A stretch of 61,285 nt of DNA, the filler included, from Sluysia triapertura (Eukaryota), in assembly GCA_046118255.1 (NCBI GenBank). It is 4 parts of 4 records of this genome, joined end to end, with 100 filler letters (N's around TTAATTAATTAA, not from the genome) between each part and the next. Parts side by side here need not be neighbours in the genome. Positions count along the whole stretch, not along the records: positions 1 to 14,433 come from JBJNIA010259735.1; 3 more parts are not named here. One strand, written 5' to 3'. Under the pieces are notes generated by a model. It ran no database searches, had not been told where the DNA came from, and was given only the letters and a program-made list of their open reading frames with translations. A program made the translations under genes and the position numbers. The stretch's first letter is position 1; every line of letters begins with the position of its first letter. Shown one piece after another: positions 1-14,533 of the stretch.

Positions 1-20
1 CTTATCTCTTCTTTCTTAAA

Positions 21-65
21 AGCTGGCCCTTCAGTGAGTAAGTCCAGTATCATAGAGAACTTACG
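21..65 (+). repeat. Dispersed hairpin family, copy A (diverged)
   Basis: GCTGGCCCT...GTAAGTCCAGTA...GAACTTACGTTAA aligns with copies C and D. Confidence 0.5.
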
Positions 66-1641
66 TTAAGGATAAGACATGTAATCCAAATTAAAAATCT
101 TAATCACACTGTAATCTCACAAAAAATTTCTACAAATATAATAATAATATAATAATAATAACTAACGTAACTAATTTTTATGGTGTTTGTGTCGACGTGC
201 CTCGTAACATTTCAACATTACGCACTAATGTTATATCATGTCCAGGTATTTTTCACGAAATTATTAAATTAAACAATTTGTAATAAAATTAATTAATAAA
301 TGTACTTTAATATTTTAACAAATAAAGCCTTAGAAATGGTTCTTTGTTCTAAACGTTCATTCTTTTATTTTGCTTTATTATTTTACACAATTATTGTCTT
401 AACGCAATTCGTCGTAATGCTTTGTCTTATTTCCTCCGTAACACTTACTTGATTCTTATACTATAAGTTATAATCCTTATATCCACTTCATATTTAACGA
501 AACCCAACATTAGTATTATTAATATTATTATTAAGACGTTAGTCTTAATTTTAGGATCTTGACAACTCATATCTTTTTACGAATAAACTTCTCTTAAAGT
601 ACTGATGATCTCAACTTATTAATTTTTTGTTGTGGTATGATAAAAATTATTTTCCAATTATAACATCTGGTTAATTTATTCATTTAATTATATTTTTCAT
701 AAAGAATGTTTATAATTTATCATCTATTATTTATCATAAATATATTTATTCTCATGAATTATTTTTAAAAATTTTTCTTATCTTATTCTAACAATAAATT
801 AAAATAAATTGAAATATTTTAAAAAGAGCAAGATAAGAAATAAATATCTTTTAACACGATAATTATCTAATTATCATATGCTTAAATTAAAGAATAATAA
901 AAATAATAAAAATAACAAAAATAAAATTAAATCTTAGGCAATTATGAGGTTTTAATTTGATTTAGAAAGGCCGAGAAATATTGTGAAGGCAACTACGCAT
1001 AAAATAATTACTGTTTTCTAACATACATGAACTTAGAGAATAGAAGAATTTGAATAAATTTTTATTAAAAAAATAATACAACTTGTTTAACCTATTAAGT
1101 GATAATTTCTCTGCTAAAATGGAATATTTTAACGTATATATTTTTGTTTTTAATTTTGACTTTATTTGTTATATATAAAATGTGGCTATAAAGTTATGCC
1201 CTATGTATAAAATTTAAATCTTTATTTGATGCAAATTACTATACATTTCATTATTTACATATTTTCATTTATAATTTAGTTATATTGATGAAACATATTA
1301 CTCTGAATTAATTACATATTGAAATAAAGGTGTATGTAAGGTTTCGTGGCAGCATATTGAAGTCATAATAAAAATTAATTATTCATTATATAAAGTTTTA
1401 ATATTTAAATTACTATATGTACTTATTCAAAATCTAAAAAAATCTTATTTCACTACACTGTATATAGTTTCATATTATTTTTAAACAAAATATATATATT
1501 TAGATAAATTTAAAATTATCAATAATTATATAAAATATTTACACATTATGTTTTTTTATTTATTACAAATTGGAATTAAGTTTTATTTATATTCAATATG
1601 TTTTATTTTCACTTTATTTTCAAGAATTTATATTTAGAATT

Positions 1642-4070
1642 ATGAAAATAAAATTATGGATAATATTAAATTTGTTAATTTTAAATATTTTTTCTGAAAA
1701 ATTAGTTAATGAATTTGTTCTTAAAATACCATCAGGTTATTCAAATGCAAAATCTTTAGCAATTCGTTATGGAATGATATTTTCACACAAAGTATTTTAT
1801 AAATAATACTAACTATAATATGTTAATTTTAGATGATTGGTTTTGATGATTATTACGTTTTTAGAAGCAGTGGAAATAGAAAACATATTAATGAATATAA
1901 CTTAAATCGCTTAAAACGTAGCGCTGATGTTAACCTATTTTTTAAGTGACTTAATTGTACTTTAGATTGAGTGGATTGAACAGCAAGTGGAGCTAAAACG
2001 TGTAAAACGTGGTTTTACACAAAATACGCCTTATTTTCAAGATCCTTTATTTACTAAACAATGGTATTTGATGAGATCGTCGATTAGTAATAAATACGAT
2101 ATGAACGTTTTAGAAGCTTGGAAATTAGGATTTAGTGGGAAAGGAATTGTAGTAACTATTCTCGATGATGGAATTGATTACAGACATTCGGATTTGCAGA
2201 ATAATTATGTTAGCTATTAAATCTAAGAAAAGGAACTTTCTTATAATTGTATTAAATTTAGACATTTATTTGTCGACATATTTAAGAAAGAGAGCAAATT
2301 AAAAGAATTTATTTATTAATAATTACAATTTTTAATAAATCTAAAAACTGGCACTAGAGGCTGTGTACATTTTTCCACAAAGATAGAAAGATATTTTACT
2401 GAAGTTCTGAAAATAATGGTTATTAGAATCCAAGTTTCATAAACGCTGTTTGTTTTGAGATGTATTTTCTTATTAATGTTTAACTTATTTAATGCTAAGT
2501 TAGAAATAGTAATTTCTTGTGATTCGTATTTCATATTGATAAGTTATATTGTCTTTTATTTTGTCTGCTATTTCATTTTTAAAATTAAAATTTATTTTTG
2601 GATGTATTTTTTTGCACTTTTTACACTTTTTACACTTCGAGTTATTATTATTGTTATATATAAAATAATACATATTATTATTATTATTATATATATTTCA
2701 GGATGCTGCTGCCAGTTATGATATTAATGGACATGATAATGATCCGCTTTTTAATACTAATCATCCAAATTCAAACAGGTTAGTATTTATGAAATATTGT
2801 CATAAATAATGTTTTACAACAATACTTCCAAAATTAACCTTTATGAATTTACAAATTTTAATTTCCTATATTTTAAAATAAGTGTATAACACATTTTTAA
2901 AATAATTTAATAAAATGTACCAATGAAAAATATTGAAGAAACACTAAAAATCTGTTGAAAGAAAAAGAAATCATTCATAAAGATAATAATCCTGAATGTT
3001 TGAAATGTGATTAAATGGTATTTTCAGAAAATACCATTCTAAAAAATGCAACAAACTTTATGTATGCTTTTCAAAACAAAAGATAAGCAAAGCAACATGA
3101 AATTATTTATTCATCAAAGTTCAAGTAGTAAGTTATATCATTAATGATTATTAATGAACTTGAAAGCGTTTTTACAATCTTTTATTAAGATACAAATTGA
3201 AGAATAATTTTTCTAAAATGTAATTATGAATTGGATTATATGATAAAAAGGTAATGGAATGGTATAATGTAGATATATGTAAAGAAAATCAGTACTACAA
3301 AACATACCAAAGAAAAGAAAATAATTCAAAAAATTGAAAACTAATTACATCATATATTAATATATTAATATATTAATATGCATAGCGTGAATATTTCTAG
3401 TTTAACAACTTTATTATTTGATATTGGCTTAATAATTTATCATTGTCTTTTGTTGGAAAGTTAAATATTTCGCCTGTTCAAAGAAATCATTACAATATTA
3501 AGAACACTAAAAACTTTTTTTTATAAATTAATTTTGTTGAAAATAGAGCGATCGGAAATTCACGTGGAAATATGACATCCCAAACGGCACGAAACATTTG
3601 GTTCTAGTGTTACTATTCAGCAGATAGTATGAAATTGGTTCACCAAATTTCGTATACGTAATTTTGACTTCACAAATGAACCACTCAATCAGTCAGAATC
3701 AAAGGTCACCGTTGAGTTTTAAGGTGTCTACGAATTATCGTTGAAGTTTTGTTGTTAGAAACAATCAATTTTAACTCATTTAGTTCAAATCGGTAAAGTG
3801 AAAAGTTGGATGTATGAGTTCAAAATGAACTCAATGACAAACAGAAACAAAAGTCTGCCTGATGTTGCTTTCTCGTCCCGAATTTTGATGTTTACAAATA
3901 ATTATCATTAAAATTTTAAATTTACATCGTTAATGAAAATAATTACAATAATTTTTTATTAAATGTGTTCTCCTTTTTCAGACATGGAACTCGTTGTGCT
4001 GGTGAAGTGGCTGCTGCTGGGAATAACAGTATTTGTGGCGTAGGGGCAGCTTATAATGCGAAAATAGGAG
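1642..4070 (+). CDS. FURIN: Furin/PCSK-family (kexin-like, S8) proprotein convertase, 5' part only
   Basis: Exons 1642-1791, 1833-1928, 1966-2208, 2702-2778 and 3982-4070 join in frame via GT-AG introns of 41, 37, 493 and 1203 nt. Product: signal peptide, prodomain ending [21 protein letters not shown], catalytic Asp in VTILDDG and catalytic His in [12 protein letters not shown]...YNAKIG. Oxyanion-Asn, catalytic-Ser and P-domain exons were not found. Furin vs PCSK5/6 cannot be resolved. Confidence 0.92.
3550..3880 (+). mobile_element. Decayed mariner transposase N-terminus in furin intron 4
   Basis: Fragmentary translation TARNI...WFTKFR..NFD..NEP...[11 protein letters not shown]...(*)VQNEL matches the mariner HTH and WVPHEL linker; stops and frameshifts present. 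Confidence 0.75.
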
Positions 4071-5150
4071 GTTTTGTTTCATTTTATTACTATTGACAAT
4101 GTTTTGTTATTGAGTGCTTATATTCTGTTTTATTCGAATTATTTTATGAAAATATGTTTGTATATTATCAAGTAAATTCTTATTTTTCTCGAAAAATTGT
4201 CACAATCCAATCATTTTAAAGATGGTCTAAATGAAAATGAGGATTCGAAACCTTAATTTTGAAATTCAGCTTCAGATCAGTATTATCGAGATTTTAATTT
4301 CTTTAAAAATGCGATATTGCACAACAGTGGTTGTGGTCTTAGTGTAAAGACAAATAGAAATATTGCACATTAAGTCTCTCATGAGTGCTTTATTTTATTT
4401 TAGCATTGTGGCCGTTTTATTAGTGAAATTATTTAACTCAAATAAATATTGGGTCCGTGATGTGACACATTGATTTTCTGATTGATTATAATGCTAATAA
4501 TAATATTTTTAGTATTCGAATGTAATTATCTGTATTAATTAGCATGCGACTATAGCCGTCGCTGTCCGTGAACGTGTTAATTGAATCTGAAATATTTATT
4601 TTAAACCACATTATCAATTTAATTATGCGTTATTCTGTACTATTGATTTTGTAACTAAATAATTTTAAAATAAGTAAATAAATTTGTGTTTAATAACTCA
4701 AGAAAGAACATTAACAAATTCAGGTGAACGTCAGAAATTTGAAAATGGAGGAGAAACAACTCAAAAACTAATAAAAGAAAAATAAGAAGGAAGAATGATG
4801 CTTATCACATTTAATTAGCTTCACAGAATAGGTAGAAACACCATATGAGCGAGAAAACATGATTATAGAAGAAAATTAAGGCGGATGTAGCATACATAAT
4901 TATAGTATAGAAAATACCAATAGCCAGAATTATATTGCAGTTTGTAACAAACTATTATGTGGAGAATATTGGAAATACAGAATAAGATTACAAATACAGT
5001 CAACCTTGTTCAATATTTTTTCAAATTTTTCATATTAAAAATTACTGTAAACATCCAATAACAAAGATTTACTGTAAAATTGTTTTTATTATACCTATTT
5101 ATTACATTTTTTTATTTCTTTGACACCTAATAAAGTCTGTGTGTTTTTAA

Positions 5151-5376
5151 CCCTTTAACTCGCACACTCGAATTAACTCGAGCGAGGTAAACCTGCAGAA
5201 ATGAGCACACTCGAGTTAATTCTAGTGTCAACACTTTTCGTATTACTATAATAATAACAATCGTTTAAACTCAAGCAATAAAAATATCACACTAAAATAT
5301 AGTTTAGTAAATAATGCAGCAATAAGAAATTAGTTTTTTTGGACGTTTTTTTGAAAAAAAATTGAACCTTAAGGGG
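5151..5376. mobile_element. piggyBac-type MITE
   Basis: TTAA on both sides (5147-5150, 5377-5380); termini CCCTTTAA...TTAAGGGG; internal inverted repeat ACACTCGAATTAACTCGAG / CTCGAGTTAATTCTAGTGT. Confidence 0.7.
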
Positions 5377-6076
5377 TTAATTACTTAACTTTTCACATTT
5401 ATAAAAATGTTATCATGTGCGTTTCTTTATCTTCTCTACATATCAAGATCATCCAAGATTTACAATTAAATTGTTTTAAATAGTAAGTTAAGTAAAATCA
5501 TTTTTTGGGTTCTTTAAGTATTAATCCTCAGGAAAGAAACTTCATGTTTCTTCAAACAGTATTTTATTCGCATACTCAGGCAAAATAAATTTAATTAATG
5601 GATTTGGCTAGAATTAACTACTTAAAAGTGTATCTAGCTTTGAAGTTTCTTTTTTCCTATATATTACATCTGCTTGTTTCAGTTAAAACCTTAACTTTCA
5701 CTAAATAAATCACAAAGTTAAAATAAATAAAGTTCAAAGGTAAAAGAAAATAAATCGAATATCAAACAAACTTAAATTAAAATCAGAGAATTTAAATTAA
5801 ATTAAATTTATTAAACATTTACCCTCATTAAATCAGAGATACATTAAATGGATTATGATTTAAGTAGGAGTTTTACGGGTTATAAATCAAAGCAATAAAG
5901 TAATAATCATACTAAATTATATATTTCAAATTTCCAATAATATTACGTTCGAAAAAGTTATTAAATGATTACGACAAACCAGAAATTTGTAATGGAATAT
6001 TGCAAAAATTAAAAGCTAAAAATATTTTGACATTAACAGAATCTATAATATTTCTCGTCCAAAGACAGAAAAGAAA

Positions 6077-6210
6077 NNNNNNNNNNNNNNNNNNNNNNNN
6101 NNNNNNNNNNNNNNNNNNNNNNNNNNNNNNNNNNNNNNNNNNNNNNNNNNNNNNNNNNNNNNNNNNNNNNNNNNNNNNNNNNNNNNNNNNNNNNNNNNNN
6201 NNNNNNNNNN
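6077..6210. other. Ordinary scaffold gap (134 N)
   Basis: Plain N run without the TTAATTAATTAA linker. Confidence 0.95.
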
Positions 6211-9200
6211 TCATTTGTATTATTTCATAATTTCATTATTAGTTTAAGTTGCGATTATTATTATAATTATATTTTATAATATTAAAATAATAATTATTTT
6301 ATATTATTATTTCATTATTATTATTTCACTACAACTTGACATCTTTGTTTTCATCGCTTGACATTAAATAAATATATTTTATAAAGACAGTTATGTAATA
6401 TGAATGAATCATTAAGAAATTGGAATCATTAGATATTTTAGGTTTTGTATAACAACAGCCACTATCCAATTCATCAAATTTTGTTTTGAGTAATGTAACA
6501 TTTTATCCCTTCTTCAGTATATCACTAATAAATCTTCCAGTTTTGTAAATGTGATGTTGAATTTCTTATGTTACTTGAGGTAAATTTAATCGATTTTTGA
6601 TTTGGTTTTCTGGGTTTTTGCATATTTTTTATTTCATTAAAATTATCTCTTAAAATTTCAATTTTTTTATACTAGTTCTATTAATATCAATATTTTCATT
6701 AATAAATTCAACTTCACAACTTAAAATTTCTTACACACATCATTTGAATGTCTTTTAAGAATCCAGCCGAGAGTGTAAGCTCTGACAATTACATGGTGCA
6801 AAACAAAGATATGTGGGGAACAAGTATTCGTTTTTCTCTACTCTATTGTAATTAATTAAATTAATTAAAATCTGTTTTTCAAAATAACTTTGCATTGTAG
6901 TTACACATGGAATGAAGAAAGTAACATAAAATTCATAGAAAAATTAGAGTCTTGCGATTTAAATTAAAGAAAATAATTCAGAAACTATTATTTTAATTAA
7001 ATCTAAGTATTAACGATGAATTATATGTCATATATTAAACTGATAATCTAGAAACAATGTATAATGAATCCTTATTGACATATTGCGCATTGAAAATGAC
7101 TTTCATCTGTGAGAAGTTATTAAAAGTAGAGAAAACCATACCAAATAGTTAGGTTAATGGCAATGCGAGGAAATTTAATGTTATATGAAGTTATTTTAAA
7201 GTGAGATATGTCTATTACAAAACAGAAAGGAACCCATAATGCAAAGTCAATTAATAATTTGAATATAATAGGAATTTGACAAAGCCATTTGTATTTAATC
7301 AACTTTGGTTTCGAGAAGACAAATAAACTGCGTGTTTTGATTTTGTGTTAATTGCTTATTACAGATATCAATGGATAAGCATAATTAAAGATGTGATAAG
7401 TTATATTTTTTCTGTTAATTGATATTTATTATTATAATTGTATTAATTGTGAAATTGAGAATGTAATTGCAGTTAAATCTTATATGCAAATGCCATGCAC
7501 AAAATTCTTGAATTAAAATGATTTTCAAATAATTAAATTAAATATTAATTAATAATTAAATAATAATAATTAAATTAATTAATAAAATTAAGTAATTGTA
7601 AATTTTTGAAAGGTAAAACTTTAGAAAAGGTTTTATACATCTCTACTATGTGTACAAGCATAACTCATTAAAAGTATAATTTATTATGTTATTTATTTTA
7701 ATTTTTAATATTCATTTATTCCGCTCTCGTTTTTCTTAGTATTACAAATTAAAGACACTTATCCACATCTTATCCTTCATGAACTGCAACAATTATTATA
7801 AAAAAGTACTTTTCCTTGATAAACTTAATAGCGATTACGATATTCTTTAGTGTCAAAACAACTCCAAATACTTTCATCGTCATTATTCTTCTTTTAATAA
7901 TGTTTTGCTTATTATTTTACATAAAATATCTCTGCATCTGTCCAATTCTATATCCATCTTTTTCCTTATATGCCAAATTTCAACAAACCTCTAAAACATT
8001 TTTATTAAAATATTTATTGTAGTGATTTTTAATTTTCATTTAAAAATTAACAAATACCAAAAAATATAGCTATACTTAGTAAACAAATTTAAAACTGCAT
8101 TATTAAATAAAAATGTTTATTTAAATAGTCACATAATTAATGTAGGTTGTTAAACAAATAATTATTTCCGACTTTATGTTTTATTTCATTAAATATAATG
8201 TAGAAAATTTTTATTATCAATTATTATTAATTAGTTTTGTTTCACTTGTTTTCATTACATTTAATTGCAATTGAGTTTATGCAGTTCTAAATAACAATAT
8301 GCAAAGTTCCTTTCAATAAATTAGCTTAGCATGATTGAATTGTTAAAAAACAAAAAATATTTCAAATTTTATCACTTTTAAATTTAAATATTAGTTACAT
8401 ATATAAATAATATGCGTAACTTAAATTGTTATTTTTCTAAACACTATTCTAATTCCTTTATAAAATTAAAATCTATTTAATAGATTTTGGAAGCTTATTT
8501 ATTGTGTGGGTATTCTTGTGCTGTGAATGTTGTAATTACATGAAGTTCTTAGCTTGTACTAATGTTCTATCTTTATTCATAATTGCAAAATCTAATAAGT
8601 CGTATTTTAAAATACAAATTTTGAATTTATAATTATAGATAAAATATTATCAAAATTAGTAACATTAAATATTAAATATCGTAATAAAGTACAAATATAA
8701 TAAATAAAAGTAATAAATCCATTTTGCTTCATTTTAGGCATCATTTATTTTTTGCATTTCTATTTTTGATGCACTTCAAAGCCACTAATCCAATATGCGG
8801 AGTAAATTTCTTTTTTGCATTAGTATTCAGTATTATTAAATCAGAACAAAATAAATTATAGACACTAAGAAAATTATCAATAAATTTTTAGAAGTTTACG
8901 TCAAATATTTATTATTGTTTAGTTTTATTATATTCCATTAAAATAAATAAGAATATTTAAGGTTTCTTTTTTATTATTATTTCACTCAATAAAATTAAAC
9001 AAAAGAAGTGGTTCGATCTTTCACTTACATGACATCACATAGACACACAATTCCATCATGAGCACATCAATTTCTATATCCTTATTACCAACCTCAACTA
9101 ATAAAATAGTATATTTTTAATTTTTTAAATAAATTTAAACTATTATCTTCATATATTAATAATATTGAATTTTAACATTATTCAAACATTATAATTCACG

Positions 9201-10439
9201 AGTGTCGTCAGTATTATTTTTATCATCATCGACACTATCAAGATTGATAACTATCGAGAGTTATCAAGACTGAATTTTAATCATTTTAACTCAATTTCTA
9301 TATCCTTACATTTTTATTTTTAAAAATCCACCTTTATAGAAACATTTACAATTATTTATTTCTTTAATCATCATAAGAAACTTGTTTACAACCAAATGTT
9401 AACTCCAATTTATTTACTACTAAAGATGTATTTTTATCTTCGAAAACTGCTTTTACTATTACTTTTGATTTGACTTGTAATAATAACACAACGTCAATGA
9501 ATTTACGTTCTGAACTAAATGATCGATTAAATTTAGCAGGTAAAGATGTCGCATCTGTTATGTGTTTCATTGTGTTGTCAAATCGAAGCAAAATTTTAGC
9601 TTAAAAATATTACTAGAAGAAACACTTTTTCCAATTCGGGTACTAAAGAAAATATTTCAGATGAGTCTCGATATTAGCTAAGGTTTGAGTTTATCTAATA
9701 ACTTTCATCTAAAGGCATTGTAATCGAGAATTTGATGATGATTTTTGTAAGATAATATGACAAGACAATTGACTTAATAAGAAATAAACATGAATTAATT
9801 GTATTGTTGTGTCTTTATTTAAAATTACTAACAATGACTCAGTGATTAAATTAGCTTAAGATTTTCGATATATTTTCAGTAAACATAAAATAGGTACAAA
9901 TTATTGAATATTCTTTAATTGCAATAAACTCTCAATGTTCAAAGAATGAATATAAATTCTAATTATAAATTAAAATCTTTACAAATTCAATTAGGAAATA
10001 CAATACTGTTGCGTTTTAAATCATTAATAAAAATAATCCAATATTAATTAACTTTGCTTAAATAAAATCTCAAATGATTTTAATATTCACTAGATCAAGA
10101 ATAACATAATAAATTTTCTTATTTTAATAATGATATTTCTTCAATCCAAAAATTACGTTCTTAATTTAAATTAATTTCAATTAAAATCAAATGCAAGTCA
10201 TTATTGTCATTCTCTTCTTGAACAACGATATATGTAAACTAAATGAAAAATTACTAAATTTTGAAGTTAACAATAACATTTATGACAGTATTACGACCAC
10301 AACAATCTATCTTGAAAAACCAGAGATGACGCAACAAAAAACATTTAAAATAGCAATATCTGAAGAAATTGAAATCAATAATAATATTTATCTGGAAGCT
10401 CTATTCTAACTTAATAGCCGACAAACTGTAAAGTAATTT

Positions 10440-10680
10440 TGGCAGGGAGTCTCCATAAATTCAATTAAAATAAATTTAAAAGTAGTTTAATTAAAAATAA
10501 TAATTAAATGTTAAAAATTCTTCAAAATAACGTGGACAGTCTCCAAAAAATCAAATAAAATGAAATAAAAACAATATAACGATAGCTTAATGAAAAAAAT
10601 AATAAGTAAATACTTAAAAATTCTTCAGAAACTTGGACAGGGAGTCTTCCAAAGATCAAATAAAATAAATTCAATTTAAT
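10440..10680. repeat. Degenerate ~95-100 bp tandem repeat (about 3 units)
   Basis: Recurrent (GGA)CAG(GGA)GTCTCCA-AAA-TCAA-TAAAATAAA blocks near 10443, 10534 and 10635. Confidence 0.6.
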
Positions 10681-13600
10681 AAAAACTTACCCAAAAAATT
10701 GTTCAATAATATTAATAATAAACGAATAATAATGAAAATTTACCGCAATCATGGATCTTCCTTTCATTCGCTTGTTTTTTAAAATTTTTTAATATTCGCT
10801 TTTCTATCTCTGCACTATCCAATCACTTTCAAACTAACAATCAGGAATTACTCTTACACAATTCATCAAAACCTCTTTTAAAGATTAAACCGACGAAAAC
10901 GACTTTGATATTTACATGGTACGACCTGTCAGACAAAACGGAACAATTCGATTAACAATGAACTCTTATTTTTCTTCTATTCTACTCCATCTACTTTGTC
11001 ATGAATCACTTCTTACATTAAAATAACAATTATTATTATTATTGACATACTAAAAAATAATGAATTTAGCTTTAATTTTTACAGTTTAATTAATTTTTAA
11101 TTCCTCGCACTCAATTTTTTAATGGAAGATGTTGAAAGTTCTCATTCCCAAGTAAACCATTTCATAAACATTTCAACCTATTTTTTGGATTCTCCTATTT
11201 CACAGCAATCACTCCTTACCCAATTCATCATCTCTTCATCATTCTAAATATGAAAATTTCAGAATTTTTCATTAAAAACTAATTAAAATTCGACTTTACT
11301 CATTCTTTGCATGAACTCGGTTAAACATTATCTTCATCGGAAGAACTCTTTAAAAAACATACATACACCATTACAATTTTAACATAGCTTTCCTCATTCA
11401 AGAGTTTTTACACAAACGTAATTTTTCTTAAATAAATTAATTAAGATTTTAATTAAATAATTATTTTAACTTATTTTATTCTAAGTTTAAAGATTTTATT
11501 ATGGTTATGAAGTTGCTAAATATTTTAAGGTACTCAGGAGGCTCTAGATGGTTTCACCTTCACTACTTTTACTTCTTTTCTACTTTTTTTAATTATTAAT
11601 TTATCAAATTTATCTTTTATATTATTAACCATGATTTTATTCTTAAACATTTTACAAAGTTACTCGAAGTTTTAGTTGATTCTAAATTTGGGAAAGATTG
11701 TAATAATAACACTAAAGACACGCAAAAATGTCTATCTTTGTTTTTATGTAAAAAGGTTTCTGAATATTTGGTAGCAAATAAAAATTTACACTTTCAGTCT
11801 TTGAACTACACTTTTAATGCATCAATACTAATAAATGGTACTAAGAGAATACGCAGTAAAGGTCCAGTAAAATTTGTTTTAATAGTCTAATGGTACATTT
11901 TAAAAAATTTTAAAATAGATTTTAAAATTTGAAAGGATTATGTGATAGAGAATAAAGTAAAATAAAAAATTGTGAAATTGATACAGGTTATATCAAAGTG
12001 ATATGAGATAAAACTGTTTCGGTTTTACCTAGAATTGTTGGTTCTTTAGGTACAGAACAAAGATTAAAATTTTAAAGATTCTCGACCGATGGAAGTATTT
12101 AGATTTAATGAAAGATTTTGAATTTTATAGAAGACATTTTTATAATCGTGAAGGTATGAATTTTGTTATGACGACTGCGGTAGAAAATATGATGATGTTG
12201 AAGTTAACGGATAATTTATGTAATTACATAGTCATTATCTTTAGAATCGTTATAAAGACAAAGTTAATGAAACTGATCCTAATTTTCTTAGTACGTCAAC
12301 TGGTACGTCTCAATGTCACCGAAGTGATTATTGTAAGTCTAAAACTGTCAAAGTTTCCTTAACAATTTAAATAGTATCTTGTAAAAGATGTTTGAAATAT
12401 TTCATGGGATGACAATTGAATTAAAATTTGTATAAAAATATAATCTAATAATGATAAAAGGTTAAGTAGTTATGATTTTATTAAATTCAGTAATGATGAC
12501 GAGGCAGTTAAGGCTTAAGGTTGAAATAAGAGAACCGATCAAGGTGTTATTGTGAGAATCGAAAAAAGTACTCTCGAAGAAATTTAAACAGTAATGAAAT
12601 TGGCGAATTTAAAATTGTATATTCCAAAAATACCTATTAATGATAAGTCCCTCCATTATAAAGATCATTGTATTCAAATTGGATATTATGTCATGACAGT
12701 CAAACTAAAACGTATCTCCTTATTGAAGAATTATTTATAGAGGTATACTGTTGAGTTATTTATGTTATTTTGTTTAATATAAAATTTCGTGGTTTAAATT
12801 CAATTGAATGGTTCATAATAATGTTATTTTGTTTCGTTAAAGGCCTTAAGCCGAAATTAAATGTTTTTAATGTACGAAAAAAGGTAATTAAAATATATCA
12901 TGTTTTTAAAGTCATTTTTAATTTAAACTATAAACCAACAATTTTCTAAAACCCACAACAATAAACAATAATGAAACAATGAAATTAATAATTGTGGATG
13001 TTTATAGATTTAATTGATAATGAAATTATATAAGCTTTTCAGTTTGATTCAATTTAATCCATTTAATTTAATATATAGAGGTAATAGTATAATTCCTTGT
13101 TTATAACTTTTGCAGAACATTCAATTTCCAAAAAGTAAGTTATATTTATTTCAATGAAACTTAAACATTCTGAAATGTAATATCAAGTTTTTTTAAAAAG
13201 TTTAATCGATGAATTAAGACTTAATATTCCATACACTGTGTTCTTTCTCTTAAAATAAATTGTCAGCAAAATAAAATTTGACAAGCTTCGGTTACAATGC
13301 ACTACTCACAAGGCGCAGAGAGAGCACACGTAACTAAAGTTGACATTATCGATTAACATTCCTTGTTAGAATATCGTGAACCATGTAACCTTAATTCAAG
13401 AAACTTGCCTATGTTATCTAACTAGTGTTTCTAATTTCATTAATTTAATAATAATTACTTGAACTTATATGATTTACAATTTGAAATACTAAATCTAAAC
13501 AAAATACGAAAATTGAATTGATATTTTTTAAAACAAATTGTAAAATTGAACATATGTTTTATTGAATAATGGAGAGAAGATAGAATTATTAGGTAGTTCT

Positions 13601-14433
13601 AAACAACAAAATCAATTGATTATTAAAGGTTTTCTGCCTTTAATATTAACTAAAATAATTTTATTGATGAATTTTAGCCTTCATCAAATCTGGATTAGAA
13701 TTTTTAATTAATAATTACTTAAAAAATAATTAAATAAATTCAAAATTGGGAATAAATGATCTCCAAGTTCGGTAGTGAATCACAATGCCTGATACAGTAA
13801 TTTATGTTTGTCTTAAACATCTATAGCTAGCTACTGTAAAACATCGCATTACTAAAAGAACGTGAAGAATATATGTGGGGCTTACACACAATACTGAATA
13901 ATTCAAAACTATTCAATGGAAAACACTCATAAAAATTTAACAAAAAGCATAGACAGACTCAACAAATCACACTCATGTTTCATCTTTCATGTTTTGCTTG
14001 ACCATTGAGCATGTCGGTTTGCATAATTTCTGTGCATAATATATTTATCTTGAATCCTATTTCATACACCTTCACCTTATTGCATTCAATATTATGTTAT
14101 CGCTCTAATCATTAAATGTTCATTTCAAACATGTGTTTTGACATTAAAATTATTAGTGTCAGCCTAGGATAAATAAAAATAAAACTAACATCTTTAAACT
14201 ATGTCATACAAAATGAAGAATATCATGATTCAAACAAATACTAATAATTAACCAAATTCCTTAATTTGTACATATCAATATAATTAACCTTTAAAAGATC
14301 ATCTGTCTACCTATTATATATTCATAATTGCTCAAAGAGCTTAATAAGAATCATTTATCAACAAAATTCAAATATAGAAAGAACATTGCTTCTATGTAAC
14401 TTATTTTAGCGTAATAAGATAATATAATCTGCC

Positions 14434-14533
14434 NNNNNNNNNNNNNNNNNNNNNNNNNNNNNNNNNNNNNNNNNNNNTTAATTAATTAANNNNNNNNNNN
14501 NNNNNNNNNNNNNNNNNNNNNNNNNNNNNNNNN
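14434..14533. other. Artificial contig-joining linker
   Basis: 44 N + TTAATTAATTAA (stops in all six frames) + 44 N. Confidence 0.95.

Noticed and set aside
2316-2721. Short hydrophobic ORFs (also 7816, 23783, 42992, 48472, 49156)
   Set aside because: AT-rich intron, low-complexity or antisense-shadow ORFs with no motifs.
4505-4526. Next furin exon (looks like G-I-R-M)
   Set aside because: Wrong splice phase and an immediate TAA.
11500-13100. Possible LINE ORF1/gag relic
   Set aside because: Too degraded; no unambiguous motif.
14478-14489. TTAATTAATTAA as a biological repeat or CRISPR-like unit
   Set aside because: Always centred in exactly 44+44 N; assembly linker. No CRISPR array is present.
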